A stretch of 29,119 nucleotides of DNA, from positions 1 to 29,119 of IMG/VR virus record IMGVR_UViG_3300012894_000125. One strand, 5' to 3'. The position numbers and the translations under genes are program-made. Shown here piece after piece: positions 16,446 to 24,827 of the stretch. Below the pieces are notes generated by a model. The model had not been told where the DNA came from, did no database searches, and saw only the letters and a program-made list of their open reading frames with translations. Source of the stretch: a virus (lineage: Duplodnaviria > Caudoviricetes). Numbering within the stretch: the stretch's first letter is position 1; each line of letters opens with the position of its first letter.

Positions 16446-17088
16446 GCCCCTGCATCTACCCGAAGGCCGCGAGGCCCGCGTGGTCACTACCCCGCCCAGC
16501 ATTGAGTACCGCGCCCTCGACGGCGGCGGGCAGGAGCCGGCCGCGTTCGTGGGCCAGGCCATCGTGTGCGGCGTGCGGTCGGCCTCGCTGGGCTTCTCCG
16601 GCTTCCGCTTCGTGGAAACCATCGCCGCCACCGCCCTCGACAACTGCGACATGTCGGACGTGATTGGCGTGTTCAACCACGACCCCGACCAGTTGCTGGG
16701 CCGCACCCGCAACAACACGCTGGAACTCACGCGCACCGAGGACGGGGGCCTGAGCTACCGTATTCCTTACGATGGGCAAGACCCCGACCACCAGCGCGTG
16801 ATGCGCAAGATTGAGCGCGGCGACGTGGATGGTTCCAGCTTCATGTTCGTGGCGCGAAGTGACGAGTGGGCCGAAGAAAAAGACCCAGCGGGCGGTAGCC
16901 TCTACGTGCGCACCGTGCTGGAAATCGACGTGCTCTACGACGTGTGCCCCGTCACGAACCCCGCCTACCCTGATGCGACGGCTGCCAAGCGCAGCCACGA
17001 CGCCTACGTGGCCGAGCACCCCGCACCCGCCACCGGCCCTTGTCCGGATTTGCTTACCCGTCAGTTGGCCCTGAAGGCCCGCCGCTAA
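16438..17088 (+). CDS. prohead protease, HK97 family
   Basis: F.E.I...A, FNHD...LLGRT, RGDVDGSSF.F, DVCPVTNPAY. Start moved to GTG 16438, overlapping the portal end. Confidence 0.95.
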   Translation: MSKPLHLPEGREARVVTTPPSIEYRALDGGGQEPAAFVGQAIVCGVRSASLGFSGFRFVETIAATALDNCDMSDVIGVFNHDPDQLLGRTRNNTLELTRTEDGGLSYRIPYDGQDPDHQRVMRKIERGDVDGSSFMFVARSDEWAEEKDPAGGSLYVRTVLEIDVLYDVCPVTNPAYPDATAAKRSHDAYVAEHPAPATGPCPDLLTRQLALKARR

Positions 17089-17116
17089 CCCACTCTCACC
17101 TTTTTCTGTAAAATTT

Positions 17117-18475
17117 ATGCCCACTGCAAAGGAGCTGCGCGAAAAGCGGCAGGCCAAGATTGACGAGGCGCAAGCTATTCTGGACACGGCCAACGGCCGC
17201 GCCCCCGAAGCGCGCAGCCTCACGGCCGATGAGAAAACGAAGTACGATGGCCTCGACAAGGAAATCGACGACCTGTCGGACGAAATCAAGCGCACCGAGA
17301 AAGCCGAGCAGCGCGCCGCCGAAAGCGCCGGCAAAAAGGCCCCGCTCAACAACCACCACAACCAGGAAAAGCGCGACCTGAGCAAGTTCAGCTTTCGCAA
17401 AATGTGCCTCGACGTGGTGGAAAACCGCGACCAAAGTGGCCTGGAGGCCGAGATGAGCCAGGAAGCCGAGCGCGAAGCCCGCAGCTTGGGTATCACTCTG
17501 GAAGGCCGCGCCCACATTCCGCACCTGCTGGCCTTCGGGGCACAGAAGCGCGATAACACCGTGACCCAGCCCACCCAGCCCGAAGACGGCGCGGCGGTGG
17601 TCTTCGACGAGCAGCCCCAGGAGATGCTGGGCCTGCTGCGCCCGCGCCTGGCTATCGCCGCCCTGGGGGCGCGCATTATCACCGGCCTGCGGGGCGAGCT
17701 GCCGCTGCCCGGCATGACCCAGGGCGCCGTGGCCACCTGGAAGGGCGAGGTGGAAGCGCTCGACAAGTCGAACGTGAAGTTCACGCGCGGCAATATGAAG
17801 CCCCACCGCCTCGGCACGTACATCGACGTGAGCAAGCAGTTCCTGGTGCAGGCCTCGCCCGACGTGGACGCGCTGCTGCGCGCTGACCTGAACGCGGCCA
17901 TGAGCCAGGCGCTCGATACGGCGGCCATCTACGGCACCGGCCTCGATAACGACCACCAGCCGCTGGGCATCCTCAACACGCCCGGCGTCTACATCCTGGC
18001 TGTGGCCGATGCTAACGGCCGGGTACCCACTTACGCCGACATCATCGCGCTGGAGGCCAGCCCCGAAATCATCAATGCCAATGCGGGCAACACCAGCGGC
18101 TACCTGATGAACAGCAAAATCAAGGGCACGCTCAAAAACACGCAAATCGTGAACGGGCAGGCCCTGATGGTGCTGATGAACAACACGGAGCTGAACGGGG
18201 CCAAGTTGGTCGTTTCCAACATCGTGACCGACCAGGCCCGCGGCACGGCCACCAACGCCTCGGCCATCGTGTACGGCTCGGACTGGAGCAACGTGATTCT
18301 GGGCCAGTGGGGCGGCCTCGACCTGACGGTGGACAACCTCACGCTGGCGCTGAACGGCAAAAACCGCATCATCGTGCAGTCGTGGTGGGATGTGGCCGTG
18401 CGCCGCCCCAACACCTTCTCGGCCATTCGGGGCGTGGTACCCTCGGCCCATATTGCGGCCCTGGCGCCGCAGTAG
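17117..18475 (+). CDS. major capsid protein, HK97 fold with N-terminal delta scaffold domain
   Basis: Coiled-coil N-terminus, W.GE, S.Q.L.Q, G.G....P.GI, GQWGGLDL.VD. Confidence 0.96.
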   Translation: MPTAKELREKRQAKIDEAQAILDTANGRAPEARSLTADEKTKYDGLDKEIDDLSDEIKRTEKAEQRAAESAGKKAPLNNHHNQEKRDLSKFSFRKMCLDVVENRDQSGLEAEMSQEAEREARSLGITLEGRAHIPHLLAFGAQKRDNTVTQPTQPEDGAAVVFDEQPQEMLGLLRPRLAIAALGARIITGLRGELPLPGMTQGAVATWKGEVEALDKSNVKFTRGNMKPHRLGTYIDVSKQFLVQASPDVDALLRADLNAAMSQALDTAAIYGTGLDNDHQPLGILNTPGVYILAVADANGRVPTYADIIALEASPEIINANAGNTSGYLMNSKIKGTLKNTQIVNGQALMVLMNNTELNGAKLVVSNIVTDQARGTATNASAIVYGSDWSNVILGQWGGLDLTVDNLTLALNGKNRIIVQSWWDVAVRRPNTFSAIRGVVPSAHIAALAPQ

Positions 18476-18486
18476 GCCAGCCAAAA

Positions 18487-18512
18487 GCCCGGCCGGCTGA
18501 CGCTGGCCGGGC
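18487..18512 (+). terminator. stem-loop after the capsid gene (attenuator or mRNA stabiliser)
   Basis: GCCCGGCCGGC-TGAC-GCTGGCCGGGC with a weak U tract. Confidence 0.55.
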
Positions 18513-18542
18513 AATGGTTTCACCCTTTCAAACAGGCAAAAG

Positions 18543-18782
18543 ATGAGCACGAAAGCACCCAAACCCGACCCAAAAGCCGGCAAGCCCGACGAAAATCAGC
18601 CCGCAGACGGCGGCAACGTGCAAACCAAGGCCGAGCAGCTACCCGAGGCCACCGAGACGGTGCGCGTGAAGTTCCTGCGCTCGCACCCGGCCCTGGCCTA
18701 CCACCCCGGCGAAGAGGCTGACCTGCCGCAGGCCCTCTACGACCAGTACCTGGAAGCCGGGCCTTTTTTCGAGAAAATCTAG
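18543..18782 (+). CDS. small capsid-adjacent hypothetical protein
   Basis: 79 aa, V.VKFL.....AY..GE.ADL, located between capsid and adaptor genes. Confidence 0.75.
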   Translation: MSTKAPKPDPKAGKPDENQPADGGNVQTKAEQLPEATETVRVKFLRSHPALAYHPGEEADLPQALYDQYLEAGPFFEKI

Positions 18783-18788
18783 CGCCCC

Positions 18789-19175
18789 ATGCTCACCCTC
18801 GACCTGCTAAAGGCCCACCTCAAGCTCGACCCAGCTGACACCAGCGAGGACGTGCTGCTGACTGCCTATTGGGCCGCGACGGTGGGCACGTTCCGCACTG
18901 AAAGCAAGCGCCGCTGGCCCACTGTGGGCGAGCCGGCGCTCGCCACGGCCAGCGAGCCGACCACCAACCCACCCCCGCTGGCTTTTACACGCTACCTGGA
19001 CCCGGCCGTGCTCAATCCCGACGAGCAGGCGATGGCCGACCAGTACATTCTACTCACGCTGGGGCACTGGTATGAAAACCGGCAGGAAGTGGTGGCCGAC
19101 GTGCGCGCCGTGGCCGTGCAGGTACCGATGGCCGCCCAATACCTGATGAGCCTGCTACGGGAGCCCACGCTATGA
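18789..19175 (+). CDS. head-tail adaptor, HK97 gp6-like
   Basis: LTLD.LK.HL.LD....ED.LL..Y and LL..GHWYENR. Confidence 0.93.
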   Translation: MLTLDLLKAHLKLDPADTSEDVLLTAYWAATVGTFRTESKRRWPTVGEPALATASEPTTNPPPLAFTRYLDPAVLNPDEQAMADQYILLTLGHWYENRQEVVADVRAVAVQVPMAAQYLMSLLREPTL

Positions 19176-19492
19176 ACATCGGCCGCCTCGACCGCCAACT
19201 CACGCTGCAACAGCCGGCCGTGGTGCCGCAAAACGGCTTTGGTGAGCCCGCCCCCGCCGCCTTCACCGACGTGGCCACGGTGGCCGCCGGCGTGGAGTAC
19301 AAGCCCGGCGGCGAGGCCACCCAGGCCGACCAGCTTACCCCCACCCAGCGCGTGCTCTTCACCATCCGCTACCGGGCCGATGTGCGGCCGGCCTGGCAGC
19401 TGGCCTATGAAGGCAAAACGTTTCAGATTACCGACGTGGCCGAAATCGGCCGCCGCCGGGGCCTCCTCCTCACCTGCTACTCACATGGGTAA
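19172..19492 (+). CDS. head closure protein (SPP1 gp16-like)
   Basis: M.IGRLDR..T.Q, FTIRYR.DV, G..F.I..V. Confidence 0.93.
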   Translation: MNIGRLDRQLTLQQPAVVPQNGFGEPAPAAFTDVATVAAGVEYKPGGEATQADQLTPTQRVLFTIRYRADVRPAWQLAYEGKTFQITDVAEIGRRRGLLLTCYSHG

Positions 19493-19982
19493 GAACCTAA
19501 GCTTTATCGGTGTTGAGGAACTGAGCCAAGTGCTTGATGGGCTAGCTGGGGATAAAAAACTCAGTGGAAAAGTGGTACGGGGTATCCTCAATAAGGCCGC
19601 CAAGCCCATCATCCAAAAAGCGCAGGAGTTGGCTCCGAAAGGAAATGGCGACCTGCAAAAGTCTATCGGCACCATCCCCGGCCGGGGCCAGGGCAAGGGG
19701 GAGCAGGTCTACGTGGGGCCCCGCCGTGGGGGGCGCTACAAGGGCTACGCTGGCCACTTGGTGGAGTACGGCACGGCCCCGCACGTCATACGGGCGAAGG
19801 CCGCTGGCGGGCAATTACACCTGCTAGGCAACCGCTTCGCCGAAGAGGTGCACCACCCCGGCGCCGTGGCAAAGCCCTTCATGCGGCCAGCTTTCGATAG
19901 TGAAAAGGAAGTGGCCATTGATATTATCAAGGACGAATGCAAAACCATCATTAACAACGAGTTTAAGTCAGTTTTCAAATGA
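19485..19982 (+). CDS. HK97 gp10-like tail completion/neck protein
   Basis: G..EL...L, AP...G.L.KSI, HLVEYGT, AKPFMRPAFD. Start moved to ATG 19485. Confidence 0.92.
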   Translation: MGKNLSFIGVEELSQVLDGLAGDKKLSGKVVRGILNKAAKPIIQKAQELAPKGNGDLQKSIGTIPGRGQGKGEQVYVGPRRGGRYKGYAGHLVEYGTAPHVIRAKAAGGQLHLLGNRFAEEVHHPGAVAKPFMRPAFDSEKEVAIDIIKDECKTIINNEFKSVFK

Positions 19983-20140
19983 AAAACCTGCTTCTTTTCG
20001 CTGCTGGCTTAGCGGCCTCGTTGCTACTTACCCGTAGGGCCACCAAGCCCGTGCAGGTAGTGGCTGAGTTTAAGTTGCGGGGGGCCGACCTAGTGGCCCT
20101 CAGCCGCACCCAGGATTACCGCACCGCCCGCACCCGGTAG
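19979..20140 (+). CDS. 53-aa protein: hydrophobic N-terminal segment plus copy of tape measure C-terminus (absent from ORF track)
   Basis: MKNLLLFAAGLAASLLLTRRATKPVQVVAEFKLRGADLVALSRTQDYRTARTR*. ATGA-coupled to gp10, ends 1 nt before the next ATG, last 29 aa are 20/29 identical to the TMP end. Confidence 0.85.
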   Translation: MKNLLLFAAGLAASLLLTRRATKPVQVVAEFKLRGADLVALSRTQDYRTARTR

Positions 20141-20141
20141 C

Positions 20142-20516
20142 ATGGAGCCCGGCCTGTTGCTTTTCGGCCTGCTCAGCCAGGCACCTGCTGTCACCGCTTT
20201 GGCAGGCACGCACATCTACCCGCTGCGGGCGCCCGAGGGGCAGGCGCGGCCCTACGTGCTGTACCAGCTCATCAGCCGCGTGCCGGACGGGGCGCCCGCC
20301 TGCCGCTTCGGCGACGTGGCCCGGGTGCAGCTCTCGCTCTTTGCCGACTCCTACGCCCAGGTGTCGGCCCTGGCCGCCGCCTGCCGGGCGGTGCTGCACT
20401 TCGCCCAGCCCGCGCCCGACGTGTTCCTGGAACTGGATAACGAGCTGGACCACTACGACGACCAGGCCGTGTGCTTTTTCAAAAGCCAGGACTACCTGCT
20501 GGAGCTACCCGCCTAA
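20142..20516 (+). CDS. tail terminator (DUF3168/gp17-like)
   Basis: L......V.AL.G..IYP..AP....PY..YQ.IS and RVQ...FA.SY. Confidence 0.88.
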   Translation: MEPGLLLFGLLSQAPAVTALAGTHIYPLRAPEGQARPYVLYQLISRVPDGAPACRFGDVARVQLSLFADSYAQVSALAAACRAVLHFAQPAPDVFLELDNELDHYDDQAVCFFKSQDYLLELPA

Positions 20517-20540
20517 TCTCTCACCTTTTTTCTGTAAACA

Positions 20541-21017
20541 ATGGCACTCACCAATATCCGCGGCCGTGACGTCAAGTTGGCGGTCGAAAAAACCATCAAC
20601 AGCGTGGCCACGCCCGTGGTAATCGGCTGCTCGACCGACATGGGCCTGAGCATCAACACCGAGAGCGACGAAGCCACCTGCGTGGCCAGCGGCAACTTCA
20701 AGGAGTACGAGCCCGGCCAGACCGACTGGACTATCAGCGCCAGCCTCAACGTGCGCCAGGCCACCGACGACGCCACGGCCAACCCGCCCCAGACCGACGC
20801 CACCGACAACGTGACGGCCGAGAATATGGTCGATTTGCAGCTCAACCAGACGATGCTGAAAGTAAGCTTCACGCTGGGCACCGGCACGGGCCGGGCGCGC
20901 TACTCGGGCAGCTGCTTCATCACCAAGTCCGACTTCAAGGGCCAGCAGAAGGGCCTGGCCACCTACGCGGTGAGCCTGCAAGGCAGCGGGGAACTGGTCA
21001 AGAGCCTCACCAGCTAA
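20541..21017 (+). CDS. tail tube protein
   Basis: I.G..V.L, EY.PG..DW.IS, YSG...IT, ATY.VSLQG.GEL. Confidence 0.9.
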   Translation: MALTNIRGRDVKLAVEKTINSVATPVVIGCSTDMGLSINTESDEATCVASGNFKEYEPGQTDWTISASLNVRQATDDATANPPQTDATDNVTAENMVDLQLNQTMLKVSFTLGTGTGRARYSGSCFITKSDFKGQQKGLATYAVSLQGSGELVKSLTS

Positions 21018-21040
21018 AAAAGGTAGCTATCCATGTCCAG

Positions 21041-21071
21041 AAAACCCAGTCGGCTTCCGGCTGGGCTTTTT
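21041..21071 (+). terminator. intrinsic terminator/attenuator after the tube gene
   Basis: CCCAGTCGG-CTT-CCGGCTGGG followed by CTTTTT and preceded by AAAA. Confidence 0.8.
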
Positions 21072-21098
21072 GGGCGAAACCCATTCCTTTCTCTACTC

Positions 21099-21518
21099 AT
21101 GGAAGTCAACACCCTCCCCAACACTGCCCGCGGCCAAGTCCTGCTTACCGTGCTGGGCGTGGCCCACCCGGTCAAGTTCAACCTGAACGTGCTGCGCGAC
21201 TGGAGCAAGCTCACCGGCCGCGCGCCCAGCGACTTCGGCCAGCTGCTCACCGAAGACTACGCCGAGGCCCTGACCAGCCTGTTGACCTGTGCCGTGCGGC
21301 GCTTCGTGCCCGGCCAGGCCACCTTCAGCCAGGACGATGCCGCCGACCTGCTCGACGCCATGAGCCCTACGGAAGCCACTACCGTGGCCGAGGCCATTAC
21401 CGAAGCCGTGACGGTGGTAAACCCTCTGCTGGCGGCCCTGAGCAAGCAGGTAGCCGCCAAGAGCCAAGCCTTGCGCCCGAAGCCGCTGCCCGCGAGTGGC
21501 ACCACTACCTCGGCCTAG
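21099..21518 (+). CDS. tail assembly chaperone (gpG-like)
   Basis: Between tube and TMP genes, NTARG.V.L...G. Start moved to ATG 21099, past the terminator. Confidence 0.8.
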   Translation: MEVNTLPNTARGQVLLTVLGVAHPVKFNLNVLRDWSKLTGRAPSDFGQLLTEDYAEALTSLLTCAVRRFVPGQATFSQDDAADLLDAMSPTEATTVAEAITEAVTVVNPLLAALSKQVAAKSQALRPKPLPASGTTTSA

Positions 21519-21802
21519 CGCTTGGCGAGCTGGGCCTGCGCCCCGATGAGTTCTGGACCCTCACGCTGGCCGAGTTCGACTACATGGCCCAGGGCTACGT
21601 GCGGCGCCAGCAGCAGGCCGAACGGCAGGAATTGGCGGCCTGGCAGCGCACCCGCTGGCTGGGCACGGTCCTGCGCAATGTGAATCGGGGCGATAACCCC
21701 GCCATCAGCCCCGAAGAAATGCTGCCCCTGCCCGGGGACGGCCCGCTCGCTACGGGCGCGATGAGTGAAGAAGAATTTGCCCGCATTGCGGCCCTAGACT
21801 AA
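21416..21802 (+). CDS. gpT-like -1 frameshift extension of the tail assembly chaperone
   Basis: The -1 frame reads ...EWHHYLGLALGELGLRPDEFWTLTLAEF... upstream of its first ATG (21584). Candidate slip site G GTA AAC at 21416-21422. Confidence 0.65.
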   Translation, partial: GKPSAGGPEQAGSRQEPSLAPEAAAREWHHYLGLALGELGLRPDEFWTLTLAEFDYMAQGYVRRQQQAERQELAAWQRTRWLGTVLRNVNRGDNPAISPEEMLPLPGDGPLATGAMSEEEFARIAALD

Positions 21803-21808
21803 GCCTGT

Positions 21809-24751
21809 ATGTCTGATATTTTAGCTAGTGTAAGTGTAGTGCTCGGCGCGGAAATCTCTGGTTTCCGCGCCGCGATGGCGCAGGCCCGCCGCGAGCTGAA
21901 GGGCCTGGTGCAGTTCAGCGAAGGGCTGAAGGACATCGGCCAGAGCCTGACCACTTACGTGAGCGCCCCGCTGGCCCTGCTGGGCGGGGCCTCCGTAGCA
22001 GCCTCGGCCAAGCTCGAAACCCTGAAGAACGGCCTGAATGCCATCAGCACCCAGGAATTGGCCAAGCAGGGCGTTACGGGCCTGGGGGCCATGGGGCTGG
22101 CGGCCGAGTCTACGGGCAAGCGCATTCAGGAGTTGCAGGTCATTGCCCGCCAGCCCGGCCTGGGCCTGGAGGGCGCTGAGCAGGCCGACGTGCGCCTGCG
22201 GGCCGTGGGCATCTCGGCCGAGCAGTCGGCCAAGAGCATCGCGGCCTTCGCCAACGCCATCGCCACCACCGGCGGGGGCAAGGACGAGTTCAACCGCGTG
22301 ACCGTGCAGCTGGCCCAGCTGAGCGCGAAGGGCAAGGTACTGGCCCAGGACCTGCGCCCCATCATCGAGGCGGCGCCGGCCGTGGCCACCGCCCTGCAAA
22401 CGCTCTACGGCACGGTCGATTCGGAAACTATCAGCGCCAGCCTCAAAAAACAGGGCCAGAGCAGCACCGACTTTATCGCGGTGCTCACCGACGAGTTGGC
22501 CAAGCTGCCGCAGGTAACGGGCGGGCTGAAAGCCGTGTACGAGAACGATATGGATGCCCTGCTGGTAGCCAGCGCCAAGGTCGGCGACGGCATCGCCAAG
22601 GCCTTCAACTTGCAGGCCCTGGGCCAAAAGCTGGGGGAGGAAATCACGGCCGTCGGCGACGCCTTCGCCAACCTGGCTCCGGGCACGCAGCAGGCCATCG
22701 TCGTCTTTGCGGGCCTGGTGGCCGCCACCGGCCCGGTACTGGTGGCCGTGGGCACGCTGGGCGCGGCCCTGCCGGCGCTCACGGCCGGCTTCGCCGCGCT
22801 GGGCAGCGTGGTGCCGGTGGTGGGGGCCGCGCTGGCGGCCCTCACCGGGCCGGTGGGCCTGGCTATCGCGGCCGTGGCCGCGCTGGGCATAGGCATCTAT
22901 GCCGCCGCCACGGCCAGCGACCGTGCGCTTTCGGCCTACCAGGAGCAGGCGCAGCAAACCGATAAGCTCACGGCCACCATCAACCCGCTGCTGGCCCGCT
23001 ACAACGAGCTCAGCGCCAAAACCACGCTCACCGCTACCGAGCAGGCTGAGCTGACGAGCATCATCAAGCAGCTGGCGGCGGCCGTGCCCGGCGCTACCAC
23101 GGCCATCGACGCCTACGGCACGGCCACGGCCATCAGCGCGGGGGCCGTCACCGAGTTTACCCAGGCCCTGCAAGCCCAGAAATCGGCGCAGGCCGCCCTG
23201 AACCTGCCGGCCGCCAGCCAGAAGCTGGCCGAGCTGGCCACCAAGTACCAGGTGCTCAAAGCGCAGGCCGACGAGTTCAACCAGACCGGCGCCATCAAGG
23301 TCGATGTGTTGGATGCGGGCGGCGGTAGCGTGGAGACGTACCGGGCCGGTAGCGCGGCCGTGCTGGCCTTGCAGGCCGACCTGGCCACGGCCAACATTGA
23401 GTTTCTCAAGCAGCGGCAGCTGGTCGATGAGTTGAAGGCCAGCACTGGCGGGCTAGTGGAGGTCGATGCCAGCTTGGCCGGCGCGCTCACGAGCGTCGGG
23501 CTGGGTTTGGGCCGCACCGTGGGCCTGCTGGCCGAGCTGCGCGAGCGGCTGAAAGAGGTAAAGGAGCAGCGCGAAAACGAGACGACCGTGGCCGCCATCA
23601 CGGCCGACAACCAGCTCATTGCCACGCTCGAAAAGCAAATCAAGGCGCTCGAAGGCCAGGACAAGGCCAGCCGCAAGGCCGCCGACGCCCTGGCCAAGCT
23701 GCGCACCGAGCTGGCCGCCCTCTCGGTGCTCGACAACGTGCTGGCCCGCCCCGCCGAAGGCCTCGACACCGTAACCCGCCGCGTGCAAACGCTGGAAAGC
23801 GGCCTCAAGCGCCTGCTGGAAGCGGGCGTATCGCCGGCCTCGAAGGCGTTTCAGGCGTTTGCCACCGAGGCGCTCACCTTGCAGCAGGGTCTGGCCCGGT
23901 TGCAGGCCAGCAGCAACCTGGAATTTAACGTGGTGGCCTCCGTGAAGCTGGGCGCCACCAACGGGGAGAAGTACGGCGCCCAGACGGCCCAGCTGCTGGG
24001 AGAGGAATTTGCTGCTCACCCGGTGAGCGTGCCCTACCGGCTCACGCCGCTGAAAACCGATTTCAGTAGCGACGTGCTCAACGCCACGCTCGGCATTCAG
24101 AAAGGCTTTACCGACGCGGCCAATGCTTCGCTGGTATTCGGCAACTCCTTCGACCAGGTGGGGACCAACGTGAGCACCTTGCAATCGGCGCTGCAAAGCC
24201 TGCTGGCCACGGGCATCAGCCCCCTCGACCCGGCCGTGCAGGCCCTGTCGGCGCAGTGGCAAACGCTCAGTGCGCAAATGGCCGTCAACAACGCCGCTAC
24301 CCAGGTAGTGAAAGCGGGTATCATGGACCTGGCCAGTGGCATTTCCAGCGCCTTTAGCGATGCGCTCAGCGGCACACAAAGCATCGGCGATGCCCTGTTG
24401 CAAACGCTGCTTAGTACCGTGGGCACGGTCGCCACCGAACTGGGTGGCATTCTGCTGGCCAGCGGGCTAGGCATTGAGGCGCTGAAGGTGAGCCTGGCCA
24501 CCTTCACGGGCGTGGGAGCCATTGCCGCTGGCATCGGCCTGCTGGCTATCGGCGGCATTGCCAAGGGGGCAGCGGCAAACCTGGGCAAGTCCGGCGCAGG
24601 GGCTGGCAGCCTGCCCACTCCCAATACCCCCAACGTGGGCCAGAACAGCAGCCAGCAGACGGTAAAAGTCATCGCCGAGTTCAAGCTGCGGGGGCCGGAC
24701 CTGGTGGCCGTGGGGCGCGCGCAGGACTACCGGGTGCAGCGCACAAGCTAG
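21809..24751 (+). CDS. tape measure protein
   Basis: 980 aa, Ala/Leu-rich helical, tape-measure domain QLAQLSAKGKV.AQDL, hydrophobic segments, follows the chaperones. Confidence 0.95.
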   Translation: MSDILASVSVVLGAEISGFRAAMAQARRELKGLVQFSEGLKDIGQSLTTYVSAPLALLGGASVAASAKLETLKNGLNAISTQELAKQGVTGLGAMGLAAESTGKRIQELQVIARQPGLGLEGAEQADVRLRAVGISAEQSAKSIAAFANAIATTGGGKDEFNRVTVQLAQLSAKGKVLAQDLRPIIEAAPAVATALQTLYGTVDSETISASLKKQGQSSTDFIAVLTDELAKLPQVTGGLKAVYENDMDALLVASAKVGDGIAKAFNLQALGQKLGEEITAVGDAFANLAPGTQQAIVVFAGLVAATGPVLVAVGTLGAALPALTAGFAALGSVVPVVGAALAALTGPVGLAIAAVAALGIGIYAAATASDRALSAYQEQAQQTDKLTATINPLLARYNELSAKTTLTATEQAELTSIIKQLAAAVPGATTAIDAYGTATAISAGAVTEFTQALQAQKSAQAALNLPAASQKLAELATKYQVLKAQADEFNQTGAIKVDVLDAGGGSVETYRAGSAAVLALQADLATANIEFLKQRQLVDELKASTGGLVEVDASLAGALTSVGLGLGRTVGLLAELRERLKEVKEQRENETTVAAITADNQLIATLEKQIKALEGQDKASRKAADALAKLRTELAALSVLDNVLARPAEGLDTVTRRVQTLESGLKRLLEAGVSPASKAFQAFATEALTLQQGLARLQASSNLEFNVVASVKLGATNGEKYGAQTAQLLGEEFAAHPVSVPYRLTPLKTDFSSDVLNATLGIQKGFTDAANASLVFGNSFDQVGTNVSTLQSALQSLLATGISPLDPAVQALSAQWQTLSAQMAVNNAATQVVKAGIMDLASGISSAFSDALSGTQSIGDALLQTLLSTVGTVATELGGILLASGLGIEALKVSLATFTGVGAIAAGIGLLAIGGIAKGAAANLGKSGAGAGSLPTPNTPNVGQNSSQQTVKVIAEFKLRGPDLVAVGRAQDYRVQRTS

Positions 24752-24768
24752 GGCGAACAATCTACCCA

Positions 24769-24824
24769 TTCCCCCGCTTTCCCCCGCTTCCGACCTGTCT
24801 GCTCCCGACCCGGCCGGAACTTCG
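24769..24824 (+). promoter_or_regulatory. late-gene bipartite motif, copy 2
   Basis: TTCCCCCGCTTTCCCCCGC-N27-CGGAACTTCG, 3 nt before ATG 24828. Confidence 0.75.
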
Positions 24825-24827
24825 GGC

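Noticed and set aside
18473-18782. Capsid stop readthrough into the next ORF
   Set aside because: The next ORF is in a different frame, has its own ATG, and no slip site was seen.
4256-21518. Extended N-termini in the ORF track (starts 5074, 7122, 16333, 19239, 21033)
   Set aside because: They run through promoters, terminators or upstream genes, and downstream coupled starts fit better.
20051-24751. TMP-end duplicate as a DGR template/variable repeat pair or invertible segment
   Set aside because: Differences are not adenine-specific and include many synonymous changes, the copies are in direct orientation, and no reverse transcriptase or invertase is present in the window.
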